Assembly (NCBI GenBank): GCA_049840735.1
Contig: JASGJN010000026.1
Coordinates: 352,001-416,000, forward strand
Reading direction: 5' to 3'
DNA from: Anaeromyxobacter sp.
Lineage (GTDB): Bacteria; Myxococcota; Myxococcia; Myxococcales; Anaeromyxobacteraceae
DNA: 64,000 nt
Of this stretch, positions 1 to 11,169 are shown one piece after another (positions within the stretch are counted from its first letter, which is position 1; each line of letters starts with the position of its first letter). Both the position numbers and the translations under genes were made by a program. The notes under the pieces are model-generated. The model made no database searches. It was not told the DNA's origin and was given only the letters and a program-made list of their open reading frames with translations.

Positions 1-777
1 CGCTCCCGCTCCCGGTCCCGGCGCTGGGCGCCGGCGGCGGCGGGGCGGGCGTCCCGGCGCCGCTCCCGGTGCCGCTGGTCGCGTCCCCGGTGGCGGTGCT
101 GCCGGGCGCGGCGGCGGGCTGCTCCACGCGGGCCTGGGCGGTGCGCCAGTCGGCCTGGGCCTGCTGCGCCAGGTGCAGCGTCTCGCGCGCCTTGGCGTCG
201 GCCTGCTCGGCGTCCTTGCGGGCGTCGGCGACGTGCGCGTCGAACGGGGCCGGGTCGTACTTCGTGGCGGCCGGGATGCCGGCCTGCGAGAGGGCTTGGA
301 GCTTGGAGCGCTCCAGCTCCGCCTCGGCCGAGCGCACGCGCGCCTGGGCCGCGTCCACCTCGGCCTGGCGCGCGTCGATCAGCTGCTTGGCGTAGGCGCG
401 ATGGGTCTCGGCCAGGCGGGTCCGCGCCTGCGCCGACTGGATGGCCTCCTGGGCGACGGCGCGGGCCTGGGGATCGGCCGAGTCCTCCGCCGCCTTGCGC
501 GACGTGTCGGCCCGGAGCTGCGCGGCGCGGGCGGTGGTGTCGTCGGCGCGGGCCAGGTCGGCCTCGCGCCTGGCCTGCTGCAGGCGCAGCGAGGCGCGGG
601 CCACCTCGTCGTGGGCGGCGGCGAGGTTGTCGCGGGCCGAGTCCACCGGCCCATCTGATCGGGCGAGAGCCGGCCGAAGTCGGCCTCGGAGATGGGCTTG
701 AAGTCGCTCTTCTGCTGGCCCGCGCAGGCGGTGGCGGCCAGCGCAATCACGGTCAGTGCGCGTCGCGTCGTGGACAT
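1..777 (-). CDS. Putative coiled-coil lipoprotein; apparent 1-nt frameshift near 650; 3' end runs off the window
   Basis: MSTTRRALTVIALAATAC lipobox-like start at 777. After ...PDQMG, another frame gives a long Ala/Gln/Arg-rich helical sequence (PVDSARDNLAAAHDEVARASLRLQQARRE...) with no stop down to position 1. Confidence 0.6.
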
Positions 778-834
778 GGGTGAGTCCCCCTCGCCCATCA
801 AGCTAGCCACGCGCAGGGCGCGCGGGCGCCTGCA

Positions 835-1821
835 TCACTCCTGCTCGTCGGCCGGCTCGGCGCCGCCGGCCGGCTGCTCGCCCCGCTTCTTGAGCCCGGC
901 GGCCTCCAGCGCGGTGGACGGGCCGGCGGGCTTGCGCTCGTCCGGCAGGGCGCCGGCGGGCGCGGAGACCGCCTTGACGGCGCCGACGGCCCGCACCTGC
1001 GCCGAGAGCTCGACGGTGGTGGTGACCTCGCGCTGCTCGCCGCTCCTGAACGTCGCGGAGAGGCGGGCTCGGAGCGGGGCGCCGGTGGCGGCGTCGAGCA
1101 GCACCTCCCCCTTCGCCTGCGTGGGCCTGCGCCCGTCCAGGAAGGCGCGCCGGCGGGCGGTGTCCGGGTCCTCGAGCTGCGCGCCCGGGGCCGCCGGTGC
1201 GGGGGTCGGGGCGGGCGCCTCGGCCAGCGAGAGCTGGTAGCGCACCGCCTCGCGCCCGAGCACGCGCTCCTCGCCGGCCCGCTCCAGCCGCGCGCCCGGG
1301 CCGAGCAGCCCCAGCACCTCGCGCACCATGCCGAAGCTGTCCTCGCGGTAGCGGCGCGCGTCGCGCCCGTGGTCGGTGGGGCGCACGCGGAACGGCGCGG
1401 GGAGCGCCCGCCCGTAGGTGAGGCCGCCCACGTAGACCAGCTCCTTGCCGCCCACCGAGCCCGGGCCCTGCCCCGGATCCAGCTCGGCGCGCACCGCGAA
1501 CTCGCCGGCAGGGAACTGGCGCAGGGTGTGGGTCTCGGTGACGCGGAGCCGGTCGGCCTCGGCGCCCTTCCGCTGCGTGGTCCACTCGACCGCGGCGTCC
1601 CACTCGAACGCGCCCAGCCGGCGGGCCACGGCGTCGGCGTCCAGCGCCAGGCCGGCCTCCGGGTGGTCGGCGTCGAACGCGCCCTCGGTGGCAGCCGGGG
1701 TGGACGGGCCGCGCAGGCGGGCCTCGGCGTCGCGGTCGCCGCGGGCGCAGGCGAGCAGGGCGGCCAGGGCGGCCAGCAGGGCGGTGCGGGGGAGCGGGCG
1801 GCGCATCAGGGCGCGCATCAT
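835..1821 (-). CDS. Hypothetical lipoprotein
   Basis: 328-aa ORF with ALLAALAALLAC lipobox and globular composition, directly downstream of hflX on the same strand. Confidence 0.7.
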   Translation of the reverse strand: MMRALMRRPLPRTALLAALAALLACARGDRDAEARLRGPSTPAATEGAFDADHPEAGLALDADAVARRLGAFEWDAAVEWTTQRKGAEADRLRVTETHTLRQFPAGEFAVRAELDPGQGPGSVGGKELVYVGGLTYGRALPAPFRVRPTDHGRDARRYREDSFGMVREVLGLLGPGARLERAGEERVLGREAVRYQLSLAEAPAPTPAPAAPGAQLEDPDTARRRAFLDGRRPTQAKGEVLLDAATGAPLRARLSATFRSGEQREVTTTVELSAQVRAVGAVKAVSAPAGALPDERKPAGPSTALEAAGLKKRGEQPAGGAEPADEQE

Positions 1822-1918
1822 GGCACGAGCGCAGCGGCCCGGCGAGGCGTCATTCCCGGCCGCCCGGGCCCTGCGACGCCCGCGCCGGGATCGTGGCCCG
1901 GAGCTGCGCCGGCGCGGG

Positions 1919-3745
<1,827 letters not shown>

Positions 3746-3920
3746 TCGCTTGAACGGAGCTTAACCCGCTCCGCGTCCGCTGGCACCCTCGTCGTGACCA
3801 TCCGGGCGCGGCGGGGCGCCCCGGTGCTGTCCGCGCCGGGGTCGAGGCCCGTCCGGGGCCGAACGCTGTCGGGAAGGGAGGTCGCCCACCCCGGTGGACT
3901 CCGGGGGGCGAGCGGTCCCT

Positions 3921-4205
3921 CTAGTACGTCTCGGCCTCGGCGCCATGGTCGGCGCCGGCGTCCACGCCGAGGTACCGGAGCAGCCGCACGTGGTGCTGGC
4001 GGAGCCCGCTCACCTCGACGGAGCGGCGGCCGGCCAGCGCGTGCGCGAGGACGGTGACGCCGTAGTCGTGGAACTCCCGGACGTGGGTGAGGTCGATGCG
4101 GACCTTGCCCTGGGCGTCACGGAGCGTGTGGGCCAGCCGCTGGGCGGCAGGCAGATCGAACACCCCGTCCACGCGGACGAGGAGCGGCTGATGCGTGTTG
4201 GACAT
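3921..4205 (-). CDS. Small STAS-like (anti-sigma antagonist-type) protein
   Basis: MSNTHQPLLVRVDGVFDLPAAQRL...VRIDLTHVREFHDYGVTVL...LLRYLGV resembles a STAS fold; start inferred at ATG 4205. Confidence 0.65.
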   Translation of the reverse strand: MSNTHQPLLVRVDGVFDLPAAQRLAHTLRDAQGKVRIDLTHVREFHDYGVTVLAHALAGRRSVEVSGLRQHHVRLLRYLGVDAGADHGAEAETY

Positions 4206-4501
4206 GACCTCTGTTCTTCCCCCGAGGCGGCGCCGTCCCCCCGGACGCGCCAACGTCTCCGAGAACCCCGGAGCCTCGCGGAACCTTCCATACATCTTCG
4301 CGTGGCCTGATCGCGGCGGTCTTTCGCCGCTGCGGCGGTCGGCCTGGCGACGGACGGGGTGGCGCCCGCCCGATCGCCACGAACGTGGCGGGTCAACGGA
4401 CCGTCAGGGTCGGTTTGTGAACGTAGCCAGGTCGGACGCACCCCGCGGGCGCGCCCCGCGGGCGTGCGACGTGGCATGCTGGCGCTGCCTCGAACGGTCC
4501 G

Positions 4502-5416
4502 ATGAGCGCGCCGATCGCACCCCGTCCCGCCGTGGACCTGTCCTACGAGGCCTTCCTGCGCGAGCGCTGGCCGCACCGGGTGCACCTGGTCTCGGTCTAT
4601 GCGCTGGTGGGCGGGCTGGTGCTGGCTGGCTTCGACGCCGTCTACACCCGCTTCCTGCCCGCGCCGCCCCCGCTCGCGCTGGCGGCCACCGCGCGGCTGC
4701 CCTGGCTGCTCATCCCGCTGCTGGGGCTGGTCCTGCCGCGGCTGCTGCGGGCCCGCGCCCTCCCGGTCGCGGCCGTGGCGCTCACCGCCCTCTGGGTCTG
4801 GGGGAACGACGCGGTCTACGTGGCGCTGGGGCTGGGCGGCTCGGCGCTGCACGCCAGCTTCGTGGTGGCCGCCTTCACCACCGCGGCGACGTTCATGCCG
4901 CTCACCCTGCGGGCGCGCTTCGGCGTCTTCGCGCTCTACGGGCTCGGGCTGGTGCTGATCGACGCGGCCTGGCCGGAGGACGGCGGCGCCACCGCGCGCC
5001 ACCTGGCCGACGGGGCCGGCCTGACGCTGGCGGCCTGCGCGGCGGTGGTGGCCGAGAACCACGCCCGGATGCAGCGGCGAGGCCTGCGGCTGCGCAGCGA
5101 CCTGCAGCAGCTGGTGCTGGAGCTGGAGGCCAGCCGGCAGCGCGCCACCGGGGCGGCGGTGGAGGTGGGGCGGCTGGCGGCCGGGGTGGCGCACGAGGTC
5201 AACAGCCCGCTCTCGGCGGTGAAGGTCAACGTGGCCTGGCTGGCGCAGCGGCTGGGCGAGGCGGCGCCGGACGCAGAGCGGGCCGAGGTCCTGGCGGACA
5301 CGCTGGCGGCCGTCGAGCGGATCCGCGCCATCGTGGCCCAGCTCCGGCACCAGGGGCTGGAGGCCGAGGGCGTGGGAGAGCCGCCCGAAGGGCCCGGCGG
5401 GAGCGGGCGGTCCTGA
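4502..5416 (+). CDS. Multi-TM membrane protein with HisKA/DHp domain but no ATPase domain
   Basis: About 6 hydrophobic segments, a coiled coil, then H-box LAAGVAHEVNSPL; the ORF ends about 70 aa later with no N/G1/F/G2 boxes. Confidence 0.75.
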   Translation: MSAPIAPRPAVDLSYEAFLRERWPHRVHLVSVYALVGGLVLAGFDAVYTRFLPAPPPLALAATARLPWLLIPLLGLVLPRLLRARALPVAAVALTALWVWGNDAVYVALGLGGSALHASFVVAAFTTAATFMPLTLRARFGVFALYGLGLVLIDAAWPEDGGATARHLADGAGLTLAACAAVVAENHARMQRRGLRLRSDLQQLVLELEASRQRATGAAVEVGRLAAGVAHEVNSPLSAVKVNVAWLAQRLGEAAPDAERAEVLADTLAAVERIRAIVAQLRHQGLEAEGVGEPPEGPGGSGRS

Positions 5417-5420
5417 GCGT

Positions 5421-6080
5421 TCAGCCGCGCGCGCCGGCCCGGCCGCGCAGGTCGGCGAGCCGCTCGTACCAGTCCTGCAGCGCCGGGAGCCGGTCCTCGA
5501 CCAGCCCCGGCCGCACGAACTCGATCATGTGGAGCTGGCCCCGAATCGCGGCGTCGGCCAGCGTGGCGGCCTGGCCCAGCACGAAGGGGCGGGTGGCCAG
5601 GGCCGCGCCGACGGGCCGGAGCAGCGAGGCCAGCTGCGCGATCAGCGCCGGCTCGCCGGCGCGCCACTGCTCCAGGCAGCCCGGGCCGTAGCGCCGCTCC
5701 TTGATGACGCGGAAGAGCGCGCGGGCGTCGTCGCGCCCGCCCTGCAGCTCGGCGAAGCGCGCCTCCAGCCACGGGGCGGCGATGCGGAAGGCCACGTCCT
5801 CCAGCGGCCCCTCCGCCCAGCCCTCGAGCACCTCGGCCAGCGGCTCCTCGCGCAGCGAGGGGCGGTAGGCCTGGTCGAGGTAGGCGGTGATGCGCTGGCT
5901 GTCGGCGACCACCCGCCCGCCGTCCTCCAGGACCGGCACGTGGATGCCGCCGCTGAGCGCCACCAGCTCCCGGCGGTCGAGGTAGGGCACCTCCACGACC
6001 TCGAAGGCGAGCCCCTTGAGCTCGAGGCACTTGCGGACCTTGGCGGCGAACGGGCTGTAGGCGAACTGGTGGAGGCGCAT
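5421..6080 (-). CDS. Glutathione S-transferase family protein
   Basis: MRLHQFAYSPFAAKVR...VPVLEDGGRVVADSQRITAYLD (GST-N) and TLADAAI (GST-C). Confidence 0.85.
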   Translation of the reverse strand: MRLHQFAYSPFAAKVRKCLELKGLAFEVVEVPYLDRRELVALSGGIHVPVLEDGGRVVADSQRITAYLDQAYRPSLREEPLAEVLEGWAEGPLEDVAFRIAAPWLEARFAELQGGRDDARALFRVIKERRYGPGCLEQWRAGEPALIAQLASLLRPVGAALATRPFVLGQAATLADAAIRGQLHMIEFVRPGLVEDRLPALQDWYERLADLRGRAGARG

Positions 6081-6265
6081 GACTTGCCTCATCGCACGGG
6101 CGTTCAGGTGCCGGAAGGCCCTTCCTGGCGCGCACCCCTGCGACAGGCTGCGCGCTCAGGGCCGCCGTGCCTGGGGATTTCCGGTTTCGCTTGCGGTCCA
6201 CCGGCCGCCAGCCCGCATGCTCGTGGGGTGCGGCGATCCCGCCGCCGAGAGGAGCAGACGAGGAC

Positions 6266-8338
6266 ATGGACGCCATCTTCACCGTCGTCACCCTGGCCTG
6301 GATCGCCGGCGCGCTCGCCGCGGTCCTGCTGTTCCGGGTGTCGAACGTGGTCCGCTACATCCCGAACAACCGGGTGGGCGTGATCGAGCGGCTGTGGAGC
6401 TTCAGGGGGTCGGTGGAGCGCGGGCTGATCGCGCTCGAGGGGGAGGCGGGCTACCAGCCGGAGGTGCTGCGCGGCGGCTGGCACGTGTTCGCGCCGTTCC
6501 AGTACCGGGTGCACGTGGTGCCCCTGGTCACCATCCCGCAGGGGCAGCTGGGCTACGTCTTCGCCCGCGACGGCGCGCTCCTGCCGCCGACCCAGACCAT
6601 GGCCAGCAACGCGGCCACCGCCGAGTTCAGCGACGCCGCGGCCTTCCTGCGCGAGGGCGGGCAGCGCGGCCCGCAGCGCCGCGTGCTGCGCGAGGGCACC
6701 TACGCCATCAACCTGGCCCAGTTCGTGGTCATCACCGCCAGCCAGCTCCACTTCCTCTCGCTGGGCGACGAGGAGGCCGGCCTCTTCCGGGCCATGGCCG
6801 GGCTGCTCAACGAGCGCGACGGCTTCACGCCGGTGGTGATCACCGACGACGCGGTGGGCATCGTGACCGTGCACGACGGCCCCTCGCTGGCGCAGGGTGA
6901 GGTGATCGCGCCCACCGTGGGCGACCGGGTGGACGACGCCGAGCGCTACCACAACAACTTCCAGGACCCGGAGCGGTTCCTGGCGGCGGGCGGCCAGCGC
7001 GGCCGGCAGCTGCAGGTGCTGGTGGAGGGCACGTACTACCTGAACCGGCTCTTCACCACGGTCGAGCTGATCCCCAAGACCGTGGTCGAGGTCGGCCACG
7101 TGGGCGTGGTGGTCTCGTACACCGGCACGGCCGGGCGCGACATCTCAGGCGAGTCCTACCGGCACGGCGAGCTGGTCCAGTCCGGCCACCGCGGCGTCTG
7201 GAGCGAGCCGCTCCTGCCGGGCAAGTACGCGTTCAATACGTACGCCGGCAAGGTGATGATGGTGCCGACCACCAACTTCATCCTCAAGTGGGTGAAGGGG
7301 GAGATCGGCGTCCACCGCTACGACGAGAACCTGTCCGAGGTGCTGCTCATCACCAAGGACGCGTTCGAGCCGACGCTGCCGCTCTCGGTGGTGGTGCACA
7401 TCGACTACAAGAAGGCGCCGCTGGTGGTGCAGCGCTTCGGCGACGTGAAGAAGCTGGTGGAGCAGACGCTCGACCCGATGGTCTCGGCCTACTTCAAGAA
7501 CATCGGCCAGACCCGCACGCTCATCCAGCTCATCCAGGAGCGCTCGGAGATCCAGCGCATCGCCAGCGAGGAGATGAAGGCCAAGTTCGAGGGCTACTCG
7601 CTCGAGCTCAAGGAGGTGCTGATCGGCACGCCGTCGTCGCAGCCCAACGACCGCGCCATCGAGTCCATCCTGGTCCAGCTCCGCTCGCGGCAGATCGCCG
7701 AGGAGCAGGTGGAGACCTACTCGCGCCAGGAGCGCGCGGCGGTGAAGGAGCGCGAGCTGCGCGAGGCCGAGGCGCGCGCCAAGCAGCAGACCGCCATCAC
7801 CGAGTCGGAGCTGTCCATCACCGTGCAGGGCAACACCGGCAAGGCGGAGTACCAGCGCTCGGTGCAGCAGGCGGCGCAGATCCGCGCCCTGGCCGAGGCC
7901 GAGGCGGACAAGGTGAAGCTGATGGGCGCCGGTGAGGCGCAGCGGGTGAAGTCGATGGCCGAGGCCGAGGCCGAGAAGGCGGCGCGCGTGGGCGTGGCCC
8001 AGGCGCTCGCCATCGAGGAGCAGGTCCGCGCCTACGGCGGCCCGCAGCTGCAGATGACGCAGCAGGTGCTGTCGCGCTTCGCCGAGGCGGTGGAGGCCTC
8101 CCGCGTGGACGTGGTGCCCAAGATCGTGGTGGGCGGCGCGGCCGGCGGCTCCGGCGGCGGCGGGGCGGGCGGCTCGCTCTTCGAGTCGCTGCTGGCCCTG
8201 CTCCTCTCGGAGAAGCTGGGCGCCCAGGTGTCCGAGCCGGCCGCCGAGCGGGATCCGTCGGTGGCCGCCTACCGCGAGCAGATGCGGAGCAGCGTGGCGG
8301 GGATGCTGGGAGGGAACGGGGCGCAGAAGAAGACGTAG
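6266..8338 (+). CDS. Large SPFH/band-7 (flotillin-like) membrane protein
   Basis: N-terminal TM; repeated GGQRG(P/R)Q..VL.EGTY.(I/L)N units; SPFH region (ITKDAFEPTLPLSVVVHID); AEAEA coiled-coil tail; GAGGA RBS before ATG 6266. Confidence 0.85.
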   Translation: MDAIFTVVTLAWIAGALAAVLLFRVSNVVRYIPNNRVGVIERLWSFRGSVERGLIALEGEAGYQPEVLRGGWHVFAPFQYRVHVVPLVTIPQGQLGYVFARDGALLPPTQTMASNAATAEFSDAAAFLREGGQRGPQRRVLREGTYAINLAQFVVITASQLHFLSLGDEEAGLFRAMAGLLNERDGFTPVVITDDAVGIVTVHDGPSLAQGEVIAPTVGDRVDDAERYHNNFQDPERFLAAGGQRGRQLQVLVEGTYYLNRLFTTVELIPKTVVEVGHVGVVVSYTGTAGRDISGESYRHGELVQSGHRGVWSEPLLPGKYAFNTYAGKVMMVPTTNFILKWVKGEIGVHRYDENLSEVLLITKDAFEPTLPLSVVVHIDYKKAPLVVQRFGDVKKLVEQTLDPMVSAYFKNIGQTRTLIQLIQERSEIQRIASEEMKAKFEGYSLELKEVLIGTPSSQPNDRAIESILVQLRSRQIAEEQVETYSRQERAAVKERELREAEARAKQQTAITESELSITVQGNTGKAEYQRSVQQAAQIRALAEAEADKVKLMGAGEAQRVKSMAEAEAEKAARVGVAQALAIEEQVRAYGGPQLQMTQQVLSRFAEAVEASRVDVVPKIVVGGAAGGSGGGGAGGSLFESLLALLLSEKLGAQVSEPAAERDPSVAAYREQMRSSVAGMLGGNGAQKKT

Positions 8339-8363
8339 CGGAGCCGTGCACGGCGACGCTCAG

Positions 8364-8598
8364 CCGTTCGCGGTGAGCCTGTCGAACCGCGAACGGGACG
8401 GGAACGCGGCGCCCCTGGCCTCCGGGCCAGGGGCGCTGATGTTTGCAGGGCGGCCGCGTGCCCGCCACCGTTCGTCCTGAGCGTAGCCCCGCCGGCAGGC
8501 GGGGCGGAGTCGAAGGACAGGGATCCTCGCCGGTCCGGTCGCACTCCGCTCTCGTGGTTCGACTCCGGGCCGGAGGCCGGCCCTACCACCACGAACGG
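8364..8598. repeat. Cluster of three REP-like palindromic elements (8364-8396 +, 8468-8518 +, 8551-8598 -)
   Basis: CCGTTCGCGGTGAGCCTGTCGAACCGCGAACGG; CCGTTCGTCCTGAGCGTA-hairpin-GGAGTCGAAGGAC; and a reverse copy CCGTTCGTGGTGGTA-hairpin-GGAGTCGAACCAC, all between convergent genes. Confidence 0.85.
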
Positions 8599-8637
8599 AT
8601 ACCCAGGCCCTGGCCTGGCCTGCCTCGGCGCTCCTGG

Positions 8638-10998
8638 TCACTGGGCGACCCGCACCTCGAGGAAATCGAGCCCGCCGGTCACCACCTCCATCCGGACGGA
8701 CACCAGGCCGGCCGGGATCTGCGCGGTGACGCTGGTGCTGTCGGCCAGGTGGTCGCTCACCGGCAAGGTCACCCGCCCGGCCAGCGCCCCGTTGACGAAG
8801 AGGTCGAGCGTGGCGCCGGTGTAGGTGATGCCTCGCACCGTCAGCGTGCCGGTGAACGGCGCGGCGGCGTGGCCGGGGAGGGCCAGCAGCTCGCCCGCGT
8901 CGTTGCCGCCCAGGCAGGGGACGCCGTCGCAGGTGGTGTTGAAGTCGTAGCCGGTCCGGACGCGGTAGTCGGCCAGGTCGCGCCCGTCGAGCGCCCCGGG
9001 CAGCGCCGCGCCCAGCGTGACCGCGGCGCGGGAGCGGGCGCCGAGCTCGTCCAGGGCGGCGAGCTTGGGCGTGTCGGAGTCGAGGATGCTGGGGGTGAAC
9101 TCCCACGGCGTGCCGCCGCGGAGCGTGTAGTACATGAGCAGCTCACCGCCCTGGCCGCTCCAGGCGTCGTGCGTCTCGACCATCAGGTCCTGGATGCGGG
9201 GATCGGCGTTCACCGCGCGGGCCAGCGGGTCGCTGAACGGGTCCAGGCTGGGCCCGCCCTCGTAGGCGACGCGGCGCAGCCCGAAGGCCCCGGCCCAGAC
9301 CGCGTCCACGCCCACGCCGCGCACCATCTGGGCGTCGGGGTAGTTGCCGGCGGCGAAGAACGCGTCCAGGTCCGAGAGGTCGGCGGGCAGGTCGTTGACC
9401 TGGTAGTAGGCGGAGCCGCCCGCGCCGAAGACGTAGGAGTTCACCTCGCGTGCAGGGGCCCGCCCCCGCGCGTAGGCGTGGAGCCAGCTCAGGGCCGCCG
9501 AGAGGGTCCCCTGGCCGTCCCCCTGCTGCGTCATGAGCACCGGGCGGATCCGGTTCATCATGCTCGCGTCGCCGTAGACGTCGCGGAAGATGTCGCTGGC
9601 GACGGCCAGGCGGTAGGCCGGCCAGCGCCACATCCTGGTCCAGACGCTGTCGGTGGCGGGCGTGTTGACCGGGTGGCCGCCGGGCAGGGTCGAGACGAGG
9701 TCCTGGATGGCGTAGAAGCACCTGAAGCCGCCGGCGCTGTTCCAGATCTCGTTCGCGTACTCGAGGTAGACCCGGAGCGACGGATCGAGCGGCGGGTAGA
9801 CCGGGTGGGCCTGGCGGCTGGTGTACGGCTCCACGCCGTCGGTGCCGTAGCGCAGCGCCAGCGCCAGCTTGCGGATGAACGTGTCGTCCGCCACCACCGG
9901 GATGTTGATCCAGCAGTCCACGCCCAGGGTGTTGCAGAGCTGGATCTGGTGCTCCAGCGCCACGCCCGTCGGCGAATCGGTCCAGGTGGTGCCGCCCTGC
10001 CCGGTCCAGCCGGGGCCCAGCTTGACCATCTGCCCAGGCCGGGCCCGGTCCTCCCAGCGCTCGACCATGTTGGCGTTGGTCGCGGTCCAGTCCATCAGCC
10101 GGACCGCGCCGGCCTTGCCGAGCGCGGTGAGGAAGGGCGTGGTGAAGACGGCGCTGCCGTCGCTGGCGTAGCCGCCGCGGTAGAGGTGCAGGTCGGTGAA
10201 GCCGGAGTGGAGCGGGCTCTCCGCGGTGCGGCGGGTGTTGCGGAGCACGATCCCCACCGAGCCGGTCGAGCCGACGGCGTAGGTGAAGTCGGCCGTGGTG
10301 GTGTTGCTGGGCGCGTCGTAGCTCACGTTGCTGACGCTGCCGCCCGCCCACATGAGCGAGATGTCCGCCTGGCCGTGGAAGGAGAGCTTGTGCGTGCCGT
10401 TCACCTCGGCGGGCGTGCCGGTGAGGACGACGGTGGAGGCGTCGGCGGTGGGCCAGCCGTCCGCGTCGACGGTCCCCTCGTCCTGCCAGTCGGCGTCCTT
10501 CCATGGCCGGGCGTGCTTCATCAGGTCCACGAAGGCCAGGCTGCCGTCCCAGTCGCTGAGGAACCAGACGTTCATGCCGAGCTGGTTGCGGGTGCGGTCG
10601 TCGTCCGGCAGCGGCGTCAGCTCCGCCGAGGGCGAGGCCTGGACCTCGGCGCTGTCGGCGCTCTCGCCGGCCTCGCCGTAGGCGGAGACCACGTAGTGGT
10701 AGGTGACGCCGTTCGTGAGCCCGGCGTCCACCTGGCGCGTGCCGGCCGGCGCCGCCACCTGCGTGTACGGGCCGCCGGAGGTGCCGCTCCGCTTCAGGTG
10801 GTAGCCGGTGACCGCGCCGGTGCTGGCCTCCCAGGAGACGGTGACGCGGCCGTCGCCGGCCAGCGCCAGCACCCCCTGCGGCACCGTGGGCACGGCCGGT
10901 GGGGTCGGGCCGGAGGACGAGGTGCTGGCGTTGCAGGCCAGGAGCGCGAGCAGCAGCGCCGGGGCCAGCGCGCGGCAGGGGGTGCGGAGGGCGGTCAT
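8638..10998 (-). CDS. Lipoprotein with fibronectin type III domain and putative glycoside hydrolase-like domain
   Basis: LLLALLAC lipobox; FN3 pattern (VTVSWEA...YHLKRS...LTNGVTYHYVVSAY); VYLEYANEIWN and AYEGG motifs; start inferred at ATG 10998. Confidence 0.75.
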   Translation of the reverse strand: MTALRTPCRALAPALLLALLACNASTSSSGPTPPAVPTVPQGVLALAGDGRVTVSWEASTGAVTGYHLKRSGTSGGPYTQVAAPAGTRQVDAGLTNGVTYHYVVSAYGEAGESADSAEVQASPSAELTPLPDDDRTRNQLGMNVWFLSDWDGSLAFVDLMKHARPWKDADWQDEGTVDADGWPTADASTVVLTGTPAEVNGTHKLSFHGQADISLMWAGGSVSNVSYDAPSNTTTADFTYAVGSTGSVGIVLRNTRRTAESPLHSGFTDLHLYRGGYASDGSAVFTTPFLTALGKAGAVRLMDWTATNANMVERWEDRARPGQMVKLGPGWTGQGGTTWTDSPTGVALEHQIQLCNTLGVDCWINIPVVADDTFIRKLALALRYGTDGVEPYTSRQAHPVYPPLDPSLRVYLEYANEIWNSAGGFRCFYAIQDLVSTLPGGHPVNTPATDSVWTRMWRWPAYRLAVASDIFRDVYGDASMMNRIRPVLMTQQGDGQGTLSAALSWLHAYARGRAPAREVNSYVFGAGGSAYYQVNDLPADLSDLDAFFAAGNYPDAQMVRGVGVDAVWAGAFGLRRVAYEGGPSLDPFSDPLARAVNADPRIQDLMVETHDAWSGQGGELLMYYTLRGGTPWEFTPSILDSDTPKLAALDELGARSRAAVTLGAALPGALDGRDLADYRVRTGYDFNTTCDGVPCLGGNDAGELLALPGHAAAPFTGTLTVRGITYTGATLDLFVNGALAGRVTLPVSDHLADSTSVTAQIPAGLVSVRMEVVTGGLDFLEVRVAQ

Positions 10999-11169
10999 GG
11001 AGCTCCAGGGTGTCGGGGCGAGCACCGACCGTGGCATGGACCTCGACTGTGGGTCAATCGACGGGGCGTTCGCCGCGCCGCGGCGAAGCGACGCTCCGGC
11101 CCTCTCCCCACCCGAGGTGCGCCGCGCCGCCTCGACGGAGCGCGCCCGCCGTGGTTGACTCGCCGCCCC

